A stretch of DNA of 64,000 nucleotides from a virus. The notes under the pieces were generated by a model. It saw only the letters and a list, made by a program, of their open reading frames with translations, made no database searches and was not told where the DNA came from. Both the position numbers and the translations under genes were made by a program. The stretch is from the IMG/VR virus record IMGVR_UViG_3300008107_000157, positions 25,345 through 89,344 of that record; one strand, given 5' to 3'. Below are positions 51,574 through 60,240 of the stretch, piece after piece; position 1 is the first letter of the stretch, and each line of letters starts with the position of its first letter.

Positions 51574-51605
51574 CAAATATAAACAAAAAATATGAGAAAA
51601 CCAAA
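51574..51605 (-). promoter_or_regulatory. Bacteroidota-type sigma70 promoter
   Basis: TTTG-N20-TATATTTG upstream of uvsE. Confidence 0.75.
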
Positions 51606-51609
51606 TAAA

Positions 51610-52710
51610 TTAATATGTTTTTATGTTTTCCTCTCTATCTCTTTCCTCTTTAGCGTATTTATCGGCTTCTCTACGAGAACCTCCTTTGGTTGAAATCCAA
51701 TAATTAACCGCTTTTGGATTATTTATCCATAATGCTTTTTTAGCCCATGGAAATTCGGGATGCATATATTCTTCCCATTTTAAATCAGGCATTTGTTCTT
51801 CTTGTTGGTTATTTTCCACTATAATTGGAATTTCTTCCTCTAATGTTGATTTTTTTCCACTATCTTCGGTATTTTGTGAATTATTTTCTACTAAATCTTC
51901 TTTAGTGTCGCCATATACTTCGTATAACCCTAATTTTTGGTCATTTTCCATCATTTCGGTTAAAATCTGTCTTTGTTTTTTCTTTTTATCTTCAATTAAT
52001 CCATTAAAAGCGATAATTAGAGCAACTGCTAACGGGTCAAACACAATTACAATCAAAAATATGAAAAATTTTACAACATTTTTCAATTCTATACCAAATG
52101 CTTCGGCTACAAAACGGAATCCACCTACTTCTTTCTCTAAATCTAAGTTAGAAATCTTAATTTCATTGATTTTTTCAGTTTCCTGAGCATTTTGAGTTTG
52201 TAATTCTGAAATTTTATCGTTAAGTTTGGCAATTTGCTTATCTCTATTATCAATAGAACGAATAAGACGAGAATTTACCTTACCACCATCTATAATTTTA
52301 CTCTGATTAGTGTTAAATTCAGTAATTTGAGTAGAAAGTTGAGTAATTTGAGCGATATTTTGGTCAATTTTAGTTTGATGTACCGCTACTTCTCTATCTA
52401 CTTGCTGTAATTGTAGTGATTGTGCCTGAAAAGCATTAGAAAGGTATCCGAAAATACCTGCGGAGGTGATTAACATTAGTACTGCGACCGATATGGTTAA
52501 ATACCATTTATTAAATCCACCAATTTCATCCCATTTTTGTTTCAGATATGTTGCTGCAACTAATTTTGCCAGTTCTAATGCAGAAGCCATTATCATTACC
52601 GATAAGGAAGCACCTGCAAATAGTACACCTAACCCCGTTACGGAGAAATAAGCCGCACATCCTGCAATAATTAGTGCAGATACACCCACTAAAATTTTAA
52701 GCCAATTCAT
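51610..52710 (-). CDS. Membrane protein with coiled-coil domain
   Basis: Three N-terminal TM helices, coiled coil, further TM helix with FDPLAV. Confidence 0.65.
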   Translation of the reverse strand: MNWLKILVGVSALIIAGCAAYFSVTGLGVLFAGASLSVMIMASALELAKLVAATYLKQKWDEIGGFNKWYLTISVAVLMLITSAGIFGYLSNAFQAQSLQLQQVDREVAVHQTKIDQNIAQITQLSTQITEFNTNQSKIIDGGKVNSRLIRSIDNRDKQIAKLNDKISELQTQNAQETEKINEIKISNLDLEKEVGGFRFVAEAFGIELKNVVKFFIFLIVIVFDPLAVALIIAFNGLIEDKKKKQRQILTEMMENDQKLGLYEVYGDTKEDLVENNSQNTEDSGKKSTLEEEIPIIVENNQQEEQMPDLKWEEYMHPEFPWAKKALWINNPKAVNYWISTKGGSRREADKYAKEERDREENIKTY

Positions 52711-52886
52711 TATCGTTCTATACTAATGATTTCTGAAATACGTTCAGTAACCTCTTTAGTATCTTTAATAACTTGATTAACTTCTGCTTGAGATAATCGC
52801 ATAGAACCATTCGAAACGTTTTCGATGATTCTAATTTTAGCGTTTAAAACGTCTAATAAGTTTATTACTTTTTCTTTGTAAATCAT
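52710..52886 (-). CDS. 58-aa hypothetical protein (not in ORF track)
   Basis: MIYKEKVINLLDVLNAKIRIIENVSNG...; TAATG coupling with the next gene. Confidence 0.6.
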   Translation of the reverse strand: MIYKEKVINLLDVLNAKIRIIENVSNGSMRLSQAEVNQVIKDTKEVTERISEIISIER

Positions 52887-52922
52887 TGGTAAGCAACCGC
52901 TACCACCTTTCGAAAATTATGT

Positions 52923-53570
52923 TTATATTTCGTTGCTTTGTGATTCTATTACAGTACTCATATGGTCTGCCCAATGCATAATATATGGTATTTTATACTT
53001 CATTCTTTTACTAATATCGAATACCTTTAAGTATTTCATATTATCTTCATCATATAATCCATCGGTTAATTTCATACCAAAATATTCAGCTTCTGAAAAA
53101 GTGATACCATAATGTTGTAAAACAAATATAGTTCTATCGGTATGAGTCATATGATGTAGTTCTGGGTTAGCAGTATATACTTTACCCTGATTCTTAATGT
53201 GCCAATCTGAAGGATTTGGTGTATAATATGGTTTACCCTTAGTTCCCAACTTTCCTAAATCGTGATGTAATGCTACGAATATTAATTCTTCATCTGTAAA
53301 ATCTACTTTACCACCTAACTGAATAAATAATTCTTTAACTTTAAGTGAATTTTTACAAACATTAAAAATATGGTCTATGTAACCACCTGTATAGCAGTTA
53401 TGATATCCTGCATTACCACTAGCTGGAGCAATTGCAAGATTTTGTCCTAATTCTTCTTCTGAATACATAAAAAGAAGTTTCTCTAACCTATCTCCTGTAA
53501 AATACTTTTTGATAACGGCAATAAACTTCTCGTAGTTGTCTTTCAGTTCTTTTTCTGTCTTTTGTTTCAT
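52923..53570 (-). CDS. HD-domain phosphohydrolase
   Basis: APAS...YHNCYTGGYIDH...LHHDLGKLG...HWAD. Confidence 0.8.
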   Translation of the reverse strand: MKQKTEKELKDNYEKFIAVIKKYFTGDRLEKLLFMYSEEELGQNLAIAPASGNAGYHNCYTGGYIDHIFNVCKNSLKVKELFIQLGGKVDFTDEELIFVALHHDLGKLGTKGKPYYTPNPSDWHIKNQGKVYTANPELHHMTHTDRTIFVLQHYGITFSEAEYFGMKLTDGLYDEDNMKYLKVFDISKRMKYKIPYIMHWADHMSTVIESQSNEI

Positions 53571-53649
53571 ACTTTGATTTTTTAAGTTTTATTTTAATCT
53601 TTTAGTGTTTCTGTGCTGTCTGCTATATAGTAATAATAAAAAGATACCT

Positions 53650-53681
53650 CAAATATACAAAAATTTTTTCAAATTTCCAAA
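53650..53681 (-). promoter_or_regulatory. Bacteroidota-type sigma70 promoter
   Basis: TTTG-N20-TATATTTG. Confidence 0.75.
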
Positions 53682-54005
53682 TTAATATAGGTCTTTTTTT
53701 GTTAAAATTTTATAAAGTATTTCAACTTCCTCTTCTGTGGTTAATTCCGGCATATCTTCATCGAATAATCGCATAGTATAAAGAGTGATTCCTTCTTCGG
53801 ATTCAAATTCAGTAGATTCGGATGACCATAACGATGGTATAGATTCCAAATTATTCTCTAATTCTTGCTGTGATACATCGATGAGGGGTATAATGTAATA
53901 ATGGAATGTATCCTCTAAGGATTCATCTTTGACTTCTATTTTGATGCACGGATTCCACTTAGTGAAACTAACATCTGTTATTGGAGTTTCGGGTACTACT
54001 ATCAT
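53682..54005 (-). CDS. Acidic hypothetical protein
   Basis: 107-aa ORF with its own promoter. Confidence 0.6.
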   Translation of the reverse strand: MIVVPETPITDVSFTKWNPCIKIEVKDESLEDTFHYYIIPLIDVSQQELENNLESIPSLWSSESTEFESEEGITLYTMRLFDEDMPELTTEEEVEILYKILTKKDLY

Positions 54006-54010
54006 ATAAC

Positions 54011-54042
54011 CAAATATATGTAAAAAATTTTAAAAAACCAAA
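54011..54042 (-). promoter_or_regulatory. Bacteroidota-type sigma70 promoter
   Basis: TTTG-N20-TATATTTG ending 5 nt before the ATG. Confidence 0.75.
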
Positions 54043-54043
54043 T

Positions 54044-54556
54044 TTAAATTAAAGTAAACTTTGATTGTTTTTTTGAAAACCAAACAATTAAAACATCTCT
54101 AAATCCCTTAGTTACTTTATCAACAGAATGCCAATCTTCACCGCCGTTAAAACAAATGTAATCACCTTTCTTATTCAATTCTACTTTTTTATCATTTACA
54201 TACATATCGCCACCATCAAAATCATCTGATAAAATTAAACTAATTGTTTTATGTGTAGTAAACCTATCTTTGTGCCTTTTTGCATAACCACCAACGCCAT
54301 AAATCAATCGGTGCATCATATATAAGTTTTCGTATGTTTCATTGAATTTATTGCATACGAATTTATTTAAAGATTCATTTTTTAAAGATAAAACAAAACT
54401 TTTTTCAGTATAAAATACCCCACCATTATCTCCTGCTATTGTAAGATATAATCCAGGATGAGCTAATTTTGTATATTTTAAATCATCACCCTCTAATACA
54501 TCGGTTTTATCTACTTCCGATTTCAAAAAATAAAATTCATCTTTGTCTAAATTCAT
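54044..54556 (-). CDS. 2OG-Fe(II) oxygenase (prolyl-hydroxylase-like)
   Basis: HKD...LSDDFDGGD...WHSV...GFRDVL; ends FTLI. Confidence 0.8.
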   Translation of the reverse strand: MNLDKDEFYFLKSEVDKTDVLEGDDLKYTKLAHPGLYLTIAGDNGGVFYTEKSFVLSLKNESLNKFVCNKFNETYENLYMMHRLIYGVGGYAKRHKDRFTTHKTISLILSDDFDGGDMYVNDKKVELNKKGDYICFNGGEDWHSVDKVTKGFRDVLIVWFSKKQSKFTLI

Positions 54557-54559
54557 ATT

Positions 54560-55624
54560 CTAAATTAAATATTTTTTTAAATCTATCAATTCATACATAT
54601 TGTGAAATACATATGGATTAGTTGCAACTTTTTTAAATTCTTTTACGAATAACGAATGCTCCGGATGATTACTATCCCCAATATCAATTAATTTAAATTG
54701 AACATCGGAAAACGTACCCCAATTTGTAATTCTACCAAAAAACACTTTTGTTTTATTTTTGAATATGGAATACATTAAATTTAAAAATGTTTCCATTTCA
54801 TTGTAATTTGATTGTTGGACCACAAAAGAACACTTAATACTCTCCAATGATTTTATAGTTGAAATGAAATTTAAATTTGAAATTAAATTATCCCAATTAC
54901 CCCCTAACCTTGTTACATTTTCGTAAGTATATTGTGCACCGGCATCTATACTTATTTCACAACTATGAACATACTTATGTATATTTGGCATACTATCCCA
55001 CATTTCTTTATTCCACAAACTGGCATTTGTATGTAGGTGGATTGATTTTAAATTTGGATATTTTGATGCATCAAATTTTCTAAGATAGTTTCTATATGAA
55101 GCAGATGCAAATGGGTCTGCTGTGCCTGAACAATATATGGTTTCTATGGAATTGGAATAAGCTTCTTCTATTTCATCTATGGTTGCATTAATACTTTTAA
55201 TCTTACCACTATCCGCAACTATCATATCTATTCTACACGATGGGCATTTAAAATTACAAGTCCTATCAAACGACATTTGAATTATCTTAGGGCCAACATC
55301 TAATATTGTATTTTTAGTTTCATAACTTTTTTGCATAACTTCAGTCAAATTATTAATATGTTTTATAGGTCCTGAAGTGTTTGTTTTATATTTTATTAAT
55401 TTTGATAAAAATGGACATTTTACTTTATCACAATATTTGTACGAACCATCCATAACCGAATTTCGTATATCAATAGCTTCGGATGAGTTCCATAATTCTT
55501 TTAATGGAACATTGTTTGGTAGTTCTTTAGTAAGCCAACTAGAGCAACACATATGGTTTTGTTTTTCCATTATCTCCAATGCTTCAAATGGAACACTACA
55601 TATGTAACTTTTTAAATCTACCAT
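54560..55624 (-). CDS. Radical SAM protein with N-terminal SPASM/twitch-like region
   Basis: CNFKCPSC; N-terminal CSVPF...CCSSW...YCDKVKC; ends KYLI. Confidence 0.8.
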   Translation of the reverse strand: MVDLKSYICSVPFEALEIMEKQNHMCCSSWLTKELPNNVPLKELWNSSEAIDIRNSVMDGSYKYCDKVKCPFLSKLIKYKTNTSGPIKHINNLTEVMQKSYETKNTILDVGPKIIQMSFDRTCNFKCPSCRIDMIVADSGKIKSINATIDEIEEAYSNSIETIYCSGTADPFASASYRNYLRKFDASKYPNLKSIHLHTNASLWNKEMWDSMPNIHKYVHSCEISIDAGAQYTYENVTRLGGNWDNLISNLNFISTIKSLESIKCSFVVQQSNYNEMETFLNLMYSIFKNKTKVFFGRITNWGTFSDVQFKLIDIGDSNHPEHSLFVKEFKKVATNPYVFHNMYELIDLKKYLI

Positions 55625-56142
55625 TATATTAAACTTTGCGTATATTCATCACGATTTCCCTTTCTTAATCTATTCTCACTATTTAAATCATAGATATCTT
55701 CATAATATGTAATTGGTATATCTAATTTTGTAGATATCATTTTTAAAGTAGTATCCCACTTTATTATATCAGAATAACACTTATCAAAGTTTGGCGTTTC
55801 ATTCCAAATATATTGCATTTCGGATGTAAACCCCTTCTTTCTATTGAAAACTGCATATGCATGGCTTTCGGCGCACTCTATTAAATTCTTTCTAGATAAT
55901 AGGATTACCTCATCAAATTTTTTTGAAAACTCTAATATCCATTCATTATAATCCAATACATCGGATGGCTTCTGAAACAAAACAATAGTTTTTACTACAA
56001 CATTATCCATCGCATCATTATATGTATATCTATTAGTACCATCAAATGGTTCAAATACTTCTTTAAGTTTTTTTGATTTGGATATATTCTTTAGCAATGA
56101 AGTGGAGCCTGTTCTTGGTAATGAAATTATTAATATTCTCAT
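55624..56142 (-). CDS. Sulfotransferase-like protein
   Basis: 5'-PSB loop SLPRTGSTSL, FEPF, LSRKN, YYEDIY; ends QSLI. Confidence 0.65.
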   Translation of the reverse strand: MRILIISLPRTGSTSLLKNISKSKKLKEVFEPFDGTNRYTYNDAMDNVVVKTIVLFQKPSDVLDYNEWILEFSKKFDEVILLSRKNLIECAESHAYAVFNRKKGFTSEMQYIWNETPNFDKCYSDIIKWDTTLKMISTKLDIPITYYEDIYDLNSENRLRKGNRDEYTQSLI

Positions 56143-56660
56143 ATCAGTTTCTTTTGATTATCTAATTTATAGTAAACAAAATCGGTATCATTCATCCATA
56201 TATTTAATGCACATCGTAATCCGATTGTCACCGGCATAACTCCGTGATAAATACTATTACCTTCAAATGTAATACCCTCTCCTATATTTAAATTAATTTT
56301 TGTATCCGCATCATTTAGTTCACAAAACGTATTAGATAACACAAATCTACCATCATCATAATCATTTGTTAAAGATATAACTGTTGTATAGTTTGAAGTT
56401 TTATCCAAATGTAAATCTAACCGCCTACCATCATAGTATCTTGTCATACTCACATTTATGTTTCGTATGTTAAATGATTCAAATTTTTGTACTTTTAAAA
56501 TTCTATCCAATACATACTCCTTAAAATTTTCATCATACACACGCCTACAATCCCAAACTTCATTTGAATCGTAATTAAAAAATTCTCCATTAGTTGTACA
56601 AAAATCTATAATATGTTTGCACTCCTTTTCATCAAAGTAAAAGTTTTTATTGTACATCAT
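56139..56660 (-). CDS. 2OG-Fe(II) oxygenase
   Basis: HLD...LTNDYDDG...YHGV...GLRCAL; ends KKLI. Confidence 0.8.
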   Translation of the reverse strand: MMYNKNFYFDEKECKHIIDFCTTNGEFFNYDSNEVWDCRRVYDENFKEYVLDRILKVQKFESFNIRNINVSMTRYYDGRRLDLHLDKTSNYTTVISLTNDYDDGRFVLSNTFCELNDADTKINLNIGEGITFEGNSIYHGVMPVTIGLRCALNIWMNDTDFVYYKLDNQKKLI

Positions 56661-57496
56661 ATTAAAAAGGAATTATCTATTCGTATGGGGGTTAGTAGAT
56701 TATTTTTAACAATAAAATCATGCATTTCATCTGCTATTATCTTATATCCATTTTTACTAGGATGCTTTCCAATTGTAGTATCTGTCCATAACATATTATC
56801 CTCCCAAACATCACTTCTATTTAATGCTCCTAATACATCTTTTAAAGTCTTTTGACCTAATCCCCAGTATCTATTTTCATTTATAAGATTTACTTTGTTT
56901 ATTGAATCTCTAATATCACCCCGAATCATTGAATCAAAAGCATCGCAAAACATATATCGTATCCCTAATTCATTAAAAATATATTGTAGATATATAATAT
57001 AGTTTTGATTTACTATATCGTAGTAATCATCTGTAAATAAATTATCGTAGTAGTACTGCCTAAAGTTTTTTTCAGCCCTTGTAAAATGTATGTTTTCATT
57101 TTTTATAGGCAAACCATAGAAATTGGTTTCTTTTAGATATTCAAAAAGATGTTCTTTTTGTTTATGTCTTTTCCCCCAAAAAACAAATGAATTTATTTCT
57201 GGAAAGAATGGTACAGCATCTCTTAAAGATGATGACCACATTATAACTACAAAATCTTTATTAGTAATAAATCCATTTCGTAATTTAAAAGATATAGCAT
57301 TAAAAATAGCGTTATTAGATGAACCACCTGCTCCTAAATTTTCTACTTCTATATTAAGTAGTTTAGATAGTTGCGTAGGCCATGCGTACTTATGTCGTAT
57401 ATTTGTTCTTTCTATTGGAACATCTGTAGTATATTCCTCTTCTAAATCACCACCAACTCCTTCAGTCCAACTATCTCCAAATGTAAATAACTTCAT
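56657..57496 (-). CDS. SGNH/GDSL-like protein
   Basis: FTFGDSWTEG, NLGAGGSSN, MWSSSLR, KHPSKNGY; ends SFLI. Confidence 0.65.
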   Translation of the reverse strand: MKLFTFGDSWTEGVGGDLEEEYTTDVPIERTNIRHKYAWPTQLSKLLNIEVENLGAGGSSNNAIFNAISFKLRNGFITNKDFVVIMWSSSLRDAVPFFPEINSFVFWGKRHKQKEHLFEYLKETNFYGLPIKNENIHFTRAEKNFRQYYYDNLFTDDYYDIVNQNYIIYLQYIFNELGIRYMFCDAFDSMIRGDIRDSINKVNLINENRYWGLGQKTLKDVLGALNRSDVWEDNMLWTDTTIGKHPSKNGYKIIADEMHDFIVKNNLLTPIRIDNSFLI

Positions 57497-57511
57497 AAAG
57501 CATGATTAAAA

Positions 57512-57649
57512 TTAAAGGTGCTTTTCTTTAATTTTATTTACTACTTCTTGAAAAGCAGCTGCTACTTTAACTTTTACATCTGTTGAAATTGGAGTTACAT
57601 TTGCTTTTATAATTTGAGCAGGTCTTTCTACTCTTACACTTTCTGCCAT
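57512..57649 (-). CDS. 45-aa peptide immediately downstream of the ATP-grasp-Hint gene (not in ORF track)
   Basis: MAESVRVERPAQIIKANVTPISTDVKVKVAAAFQEVVNKIKEKHL; A-rich leader; fills the intergenic gap. Confidence 0.65.
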   Translation of the reverse strand: MAESVRVERPAQIIKANVTPISTDVKVKVAAAFQEVVNKIKEKHL

Positions 57650-57673
57650 ATTATTTTAGTTTTTTAATTGTTA

Positions 57674-59173
57674 TTAAATCTTTTGCAATCTACTACCACC
57701 ACCACCACCACATCCTGGACAATAATTACTATTACACCAGTGACCACAATAGTTCCAAGGACACCAACAACTGTTATGTTGTACACCAAAATCACCATCA
57801 CCAAAATCAACTAAGAAAAGGTCGGATGATTCAAAATCCAAACTATAAATAGTTTTATTAGCGTGTTCCATTTCCAATCCAGCGATAGCGATGGTTGTTA
57901 GTTCATTAGTAGTAGAATCCGTAATAACTAACTTATCACCCACATACATCTTATTAACATTTTCAAATCTAGTAGCTAAAGAACCAGATTGCTCTATATA
58001 ATATTTTGCAGAAGGAGCATCTGTCCAACTTCTACCATCTTCCAATGTTATACGAATGTATATTGTATCAACTGAAGCGGATATAATATGTTGTAGTACC
58101 GACCCGGTTTGTATTAATGTTGAATTATCTTGCGATATTGTACTATTCCATCCAAATGTTTCGATTTTATCCTGTTCAAATTTAGCAGCATGATTATCGT
58201 TGAAATCTACATAATCAATAGAACGAACATAATCGCCTAATTGAATAGTATCTATATCCATTAACGTTCCATCAAATTTCAAAATAACACTATCATCATC
58301 GGTATGGTAATCATTTTTTGCAAAGTTACCTAATTCTTTTGTAATGTATTTATATCTGCTTTTTTGATTTAGTTTATTTGTACCTGATACAAACTCATCA
58401 GGTGTAAATGTTAATGGAATTATGGTTGATTGTCTATATCCGCCTAAATTTATTACATCTAAATTTCCACCATAAATTATATCAATGCTTCTTATAATTG
58501 AATATCTACCATTTACAACATTATCTTCTGAAAAAATAAACTCCTGAACTAAATGATTTGTTTCTACACTATCTTTAATTGTGGATAATTCGGTAGTATC
58601 GGAAGCCCTATATAATGCAGGATAATCCATTATTTCATATTGTGGATATCTGGCTTTAACTATTACGTTTGGCGTTTCCGTTGTTTCATAATCAACATCA
58701 TTTAAGCTTTCTAAACTTAAACTATCCGATGTAAAAAATGTTTTTGGTATATAATTAGAACCACTCATTAATGAAAAGAACTCAAATTTATCGGCACAAT
58801 ACGTTTCATCTACTAAAGCAGTTGTATCAAATGATTGTCTTAAAATAAACTTATTAACTGCATCTTCTATATAAGGTACAGTTACAGAGTTATAAGGTAC
58901 TGCGTAATCTTGGAAAGTTATTCCATTTGCTAAACAATTTTCTTCTAATAATTTTTTAAATTTAAATTGTTCATTTAGTGGAGTATATGCCGATGTTTCT
59001 GTCCATATAAAATGGAATTCAGTTATTCCATTCTCATTTAAAACATTAAATAAAGCATCGTAATCTAAATAATCAGCACCTGTATTGTAAATTGTGGTAT
59101 TGGTATTTATTTCTAAAAACTTTACGGAATTACCATACTCCAATAAATCGCTACCAATTATAGTTCCTTTCAT
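57674..59173 (-). CDS. Circularly permuted ATP-grasp domain + Hint (intein-like) domain + C-terminal six-Cys peptide
   Basis: N-terminal GSDLL...FLEINTN, ADKF, IPKT, VIVKARYP, LVQEFI; Hint blocks DGTLMDIDTIQLGDYV, ITLEDG, MYVGDKL, IYSLDFESSDLFLV...QHN; then SCWCPWNYCGHWCNSNYCPGCGGGGGSRLQKI. Confidence 0.7.
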   Translation of the reverse strand: MKGTIIGSDLLEYGNSVKFLEINTNTTIYNTGADYLDYDALFNVLNENGITEFHFIWTETSAYTPLNEQFKFKKLLEENCLANGITFQDYAVPYNSVTVPYIEDAVNKFILRQSFDTTALVDETYCADKFEFFSLMSGSNYIPKTFFTSDSLSLESLNDVDYETTETPNVIVKARYPQYEIMDYPALYRASDTTELSTIKDSVETNHLVQEFIFSEDNVVNGRYSIIRSIDIIYGGNLDVINLGGYRQSTIIPLTFTPDEFVSGTNKLNQKSRYKYITKELGNFAKNDYHTDDDSVILKFDGTLMDIDTIQLGDYVRSIDYVDFNDNHAAKFEQDKIETFGWNSTISQDNSTLIQTGSVLQHIISASVDTIYIRITLEDGRSWTDAPSAKYYIEQSGSLATRFENVNKMYVGDKLVITDSTTNELTTIAIAGLEMEHANKTIYSLDFESSDLFLVDFGDGDFGVQHNSCWCPWNYCGHWCNSNYCPGCGGGGGSRLQKI

Positions 59174-59205
59174 AATTAATTTTTATTTTTTTAGTATTAT
59201 CACCT

Positions 59206-59213
59206 ATAAATAT
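59206..59213 (-). promoter_or_regulatory. Putative late promoter motif GATATTTAT upstream of the ATP-grasp-Hint gene
   Basis: Intergenic; same motif as before structural genes. Confidence 0.55.
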
Positions 59214-59222
59214 CGGTTTGAA

Positions 59223-59510
59223 TTAAATTAGTGAATTTTTCTTTTTTATATCCAATGACTTTATATATTGTGAATCTATATTTTCCCACTTTCCTATTGG
59301 ACATGGACTAAAATTTTGAGAAAATACTTTTTTATTTAAGGGGCATCCGCATTTTCCACAAACTGCACTCCACTCTACTCCTTTCAATACCTCTTTTCTA
59401 TGTTCGCATCCTAAACAAATAGATAATCTTTTTTTAGCTAATTCTTCTTGAATAGCAGTTGGATTAAATGATGCTTTCCAAGCTTTAAATATTTCTTTAT
59501 AATCAATCAT
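59223..59510 (-). CDS. Small Cys-rich metal-binding protein (DUF6171-like)
   Basis: RLSICLGC...CGKCGCPL...CPIGKW; ends NSLI. Confidence 0.65.
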   Translation of the reverse strand: MIDYKEIFKAWKASFNPTAIQEELAKKRLSICLGCEHRKEVLKGVEWSAVCGKCGCPLNKKVFSQNFSPCPIGKWENIDSQYIKSLDIKKKNSLI

Positions 59511-59511
59511 A

Positions 59512-60240
59512 CTATATTAAACTTTTTTCTTTTTTTGGTAAATCGTAATAATCATAGATATTATTATATCGTTTTATAAACGTATCATTCAATATTAAAT
59601 TTGTTTTAAAATGATTACTACTATTTGATTTTTCCAATTTAAACTCTCTACCTAACTTTTCAGAAACCCAATTTTCTAACTCATATAATTTATCAAATTC
59701 AAACCATATAATATTTGGGTCATGGTTGTGGTATTCTGATATTGGTGTGAACAATATATAAAGCATTTTTCTAACTGTATCATTCATATAAGGCCTTATT
59801 CCATTTCTATTTACAAACTCCTTAATAACATCTACTCTCGTTTGCTCACTTATTAAATCATCTTTAGTATAAAATAAAATATCATCTAATTTTAGATTCT
59901 CTAATCTAAGATTTAATAATGGGGAGTTTGCGGAATTAGATAAGTCAACCACATGCTTCCATAATGATATAAACCTATCGTGTCTATTTCTTCTTACACC
60001 AATTATATCATATTCATAACCAAATTTTTTATACAAATCTGTAATTTTTTCATGCCCATGCACAATCGTATCAGCCAATTCCTCATTGGACATATTCATA
60101 TCAATAATACTACTCCACTTTTTATAAAACATTTCATCATAATGTTCGATATTTATATTGTTTCGTAAACATGTTATATAAAATGATGTAGATGCGCATC
60201 TTGGCAAACTTAAAGATATAAATTTATTATCAACTAACAT
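59512..60240 (-). CDS. Sulfotransferase-family protein
   Basis: FISLPRCASTS, HGHE, RRNRHDRFISLW, KSNSS; ends KKEKSLI. Confidence 0.7.
   Translation of the reverse strand: MLVDNKFISLSLPRCASTSFYITCLRNNINIEHYDEMFYKKWSSIIDMNMSNEELADTIVHGHEKITDLYKKFGYEYDIIGVRRNRHDRFISLWKHVVDLSNSANSPLLNLRLENLKLDDILFYTKDDLISEQTRVDVIKEFVNRNGIRPYMNDTVRKMLYILFTPISEYHNHDPNIIWFEFDKLYELENWVSEKLGREFKLEKSNSSNHFKTNLILNDTFIKRYNNIYDYYDLPKKEKSLI

Noticed and set aside
57773-58309. A true protein-splicing intein or mobile element in the ATP-grasp gene
   Set aside because: No N-terminal Cys/Ser nucleophile, no block B His, no homing endonuclease, and the would-be C-extein is only a 32-aa peptide
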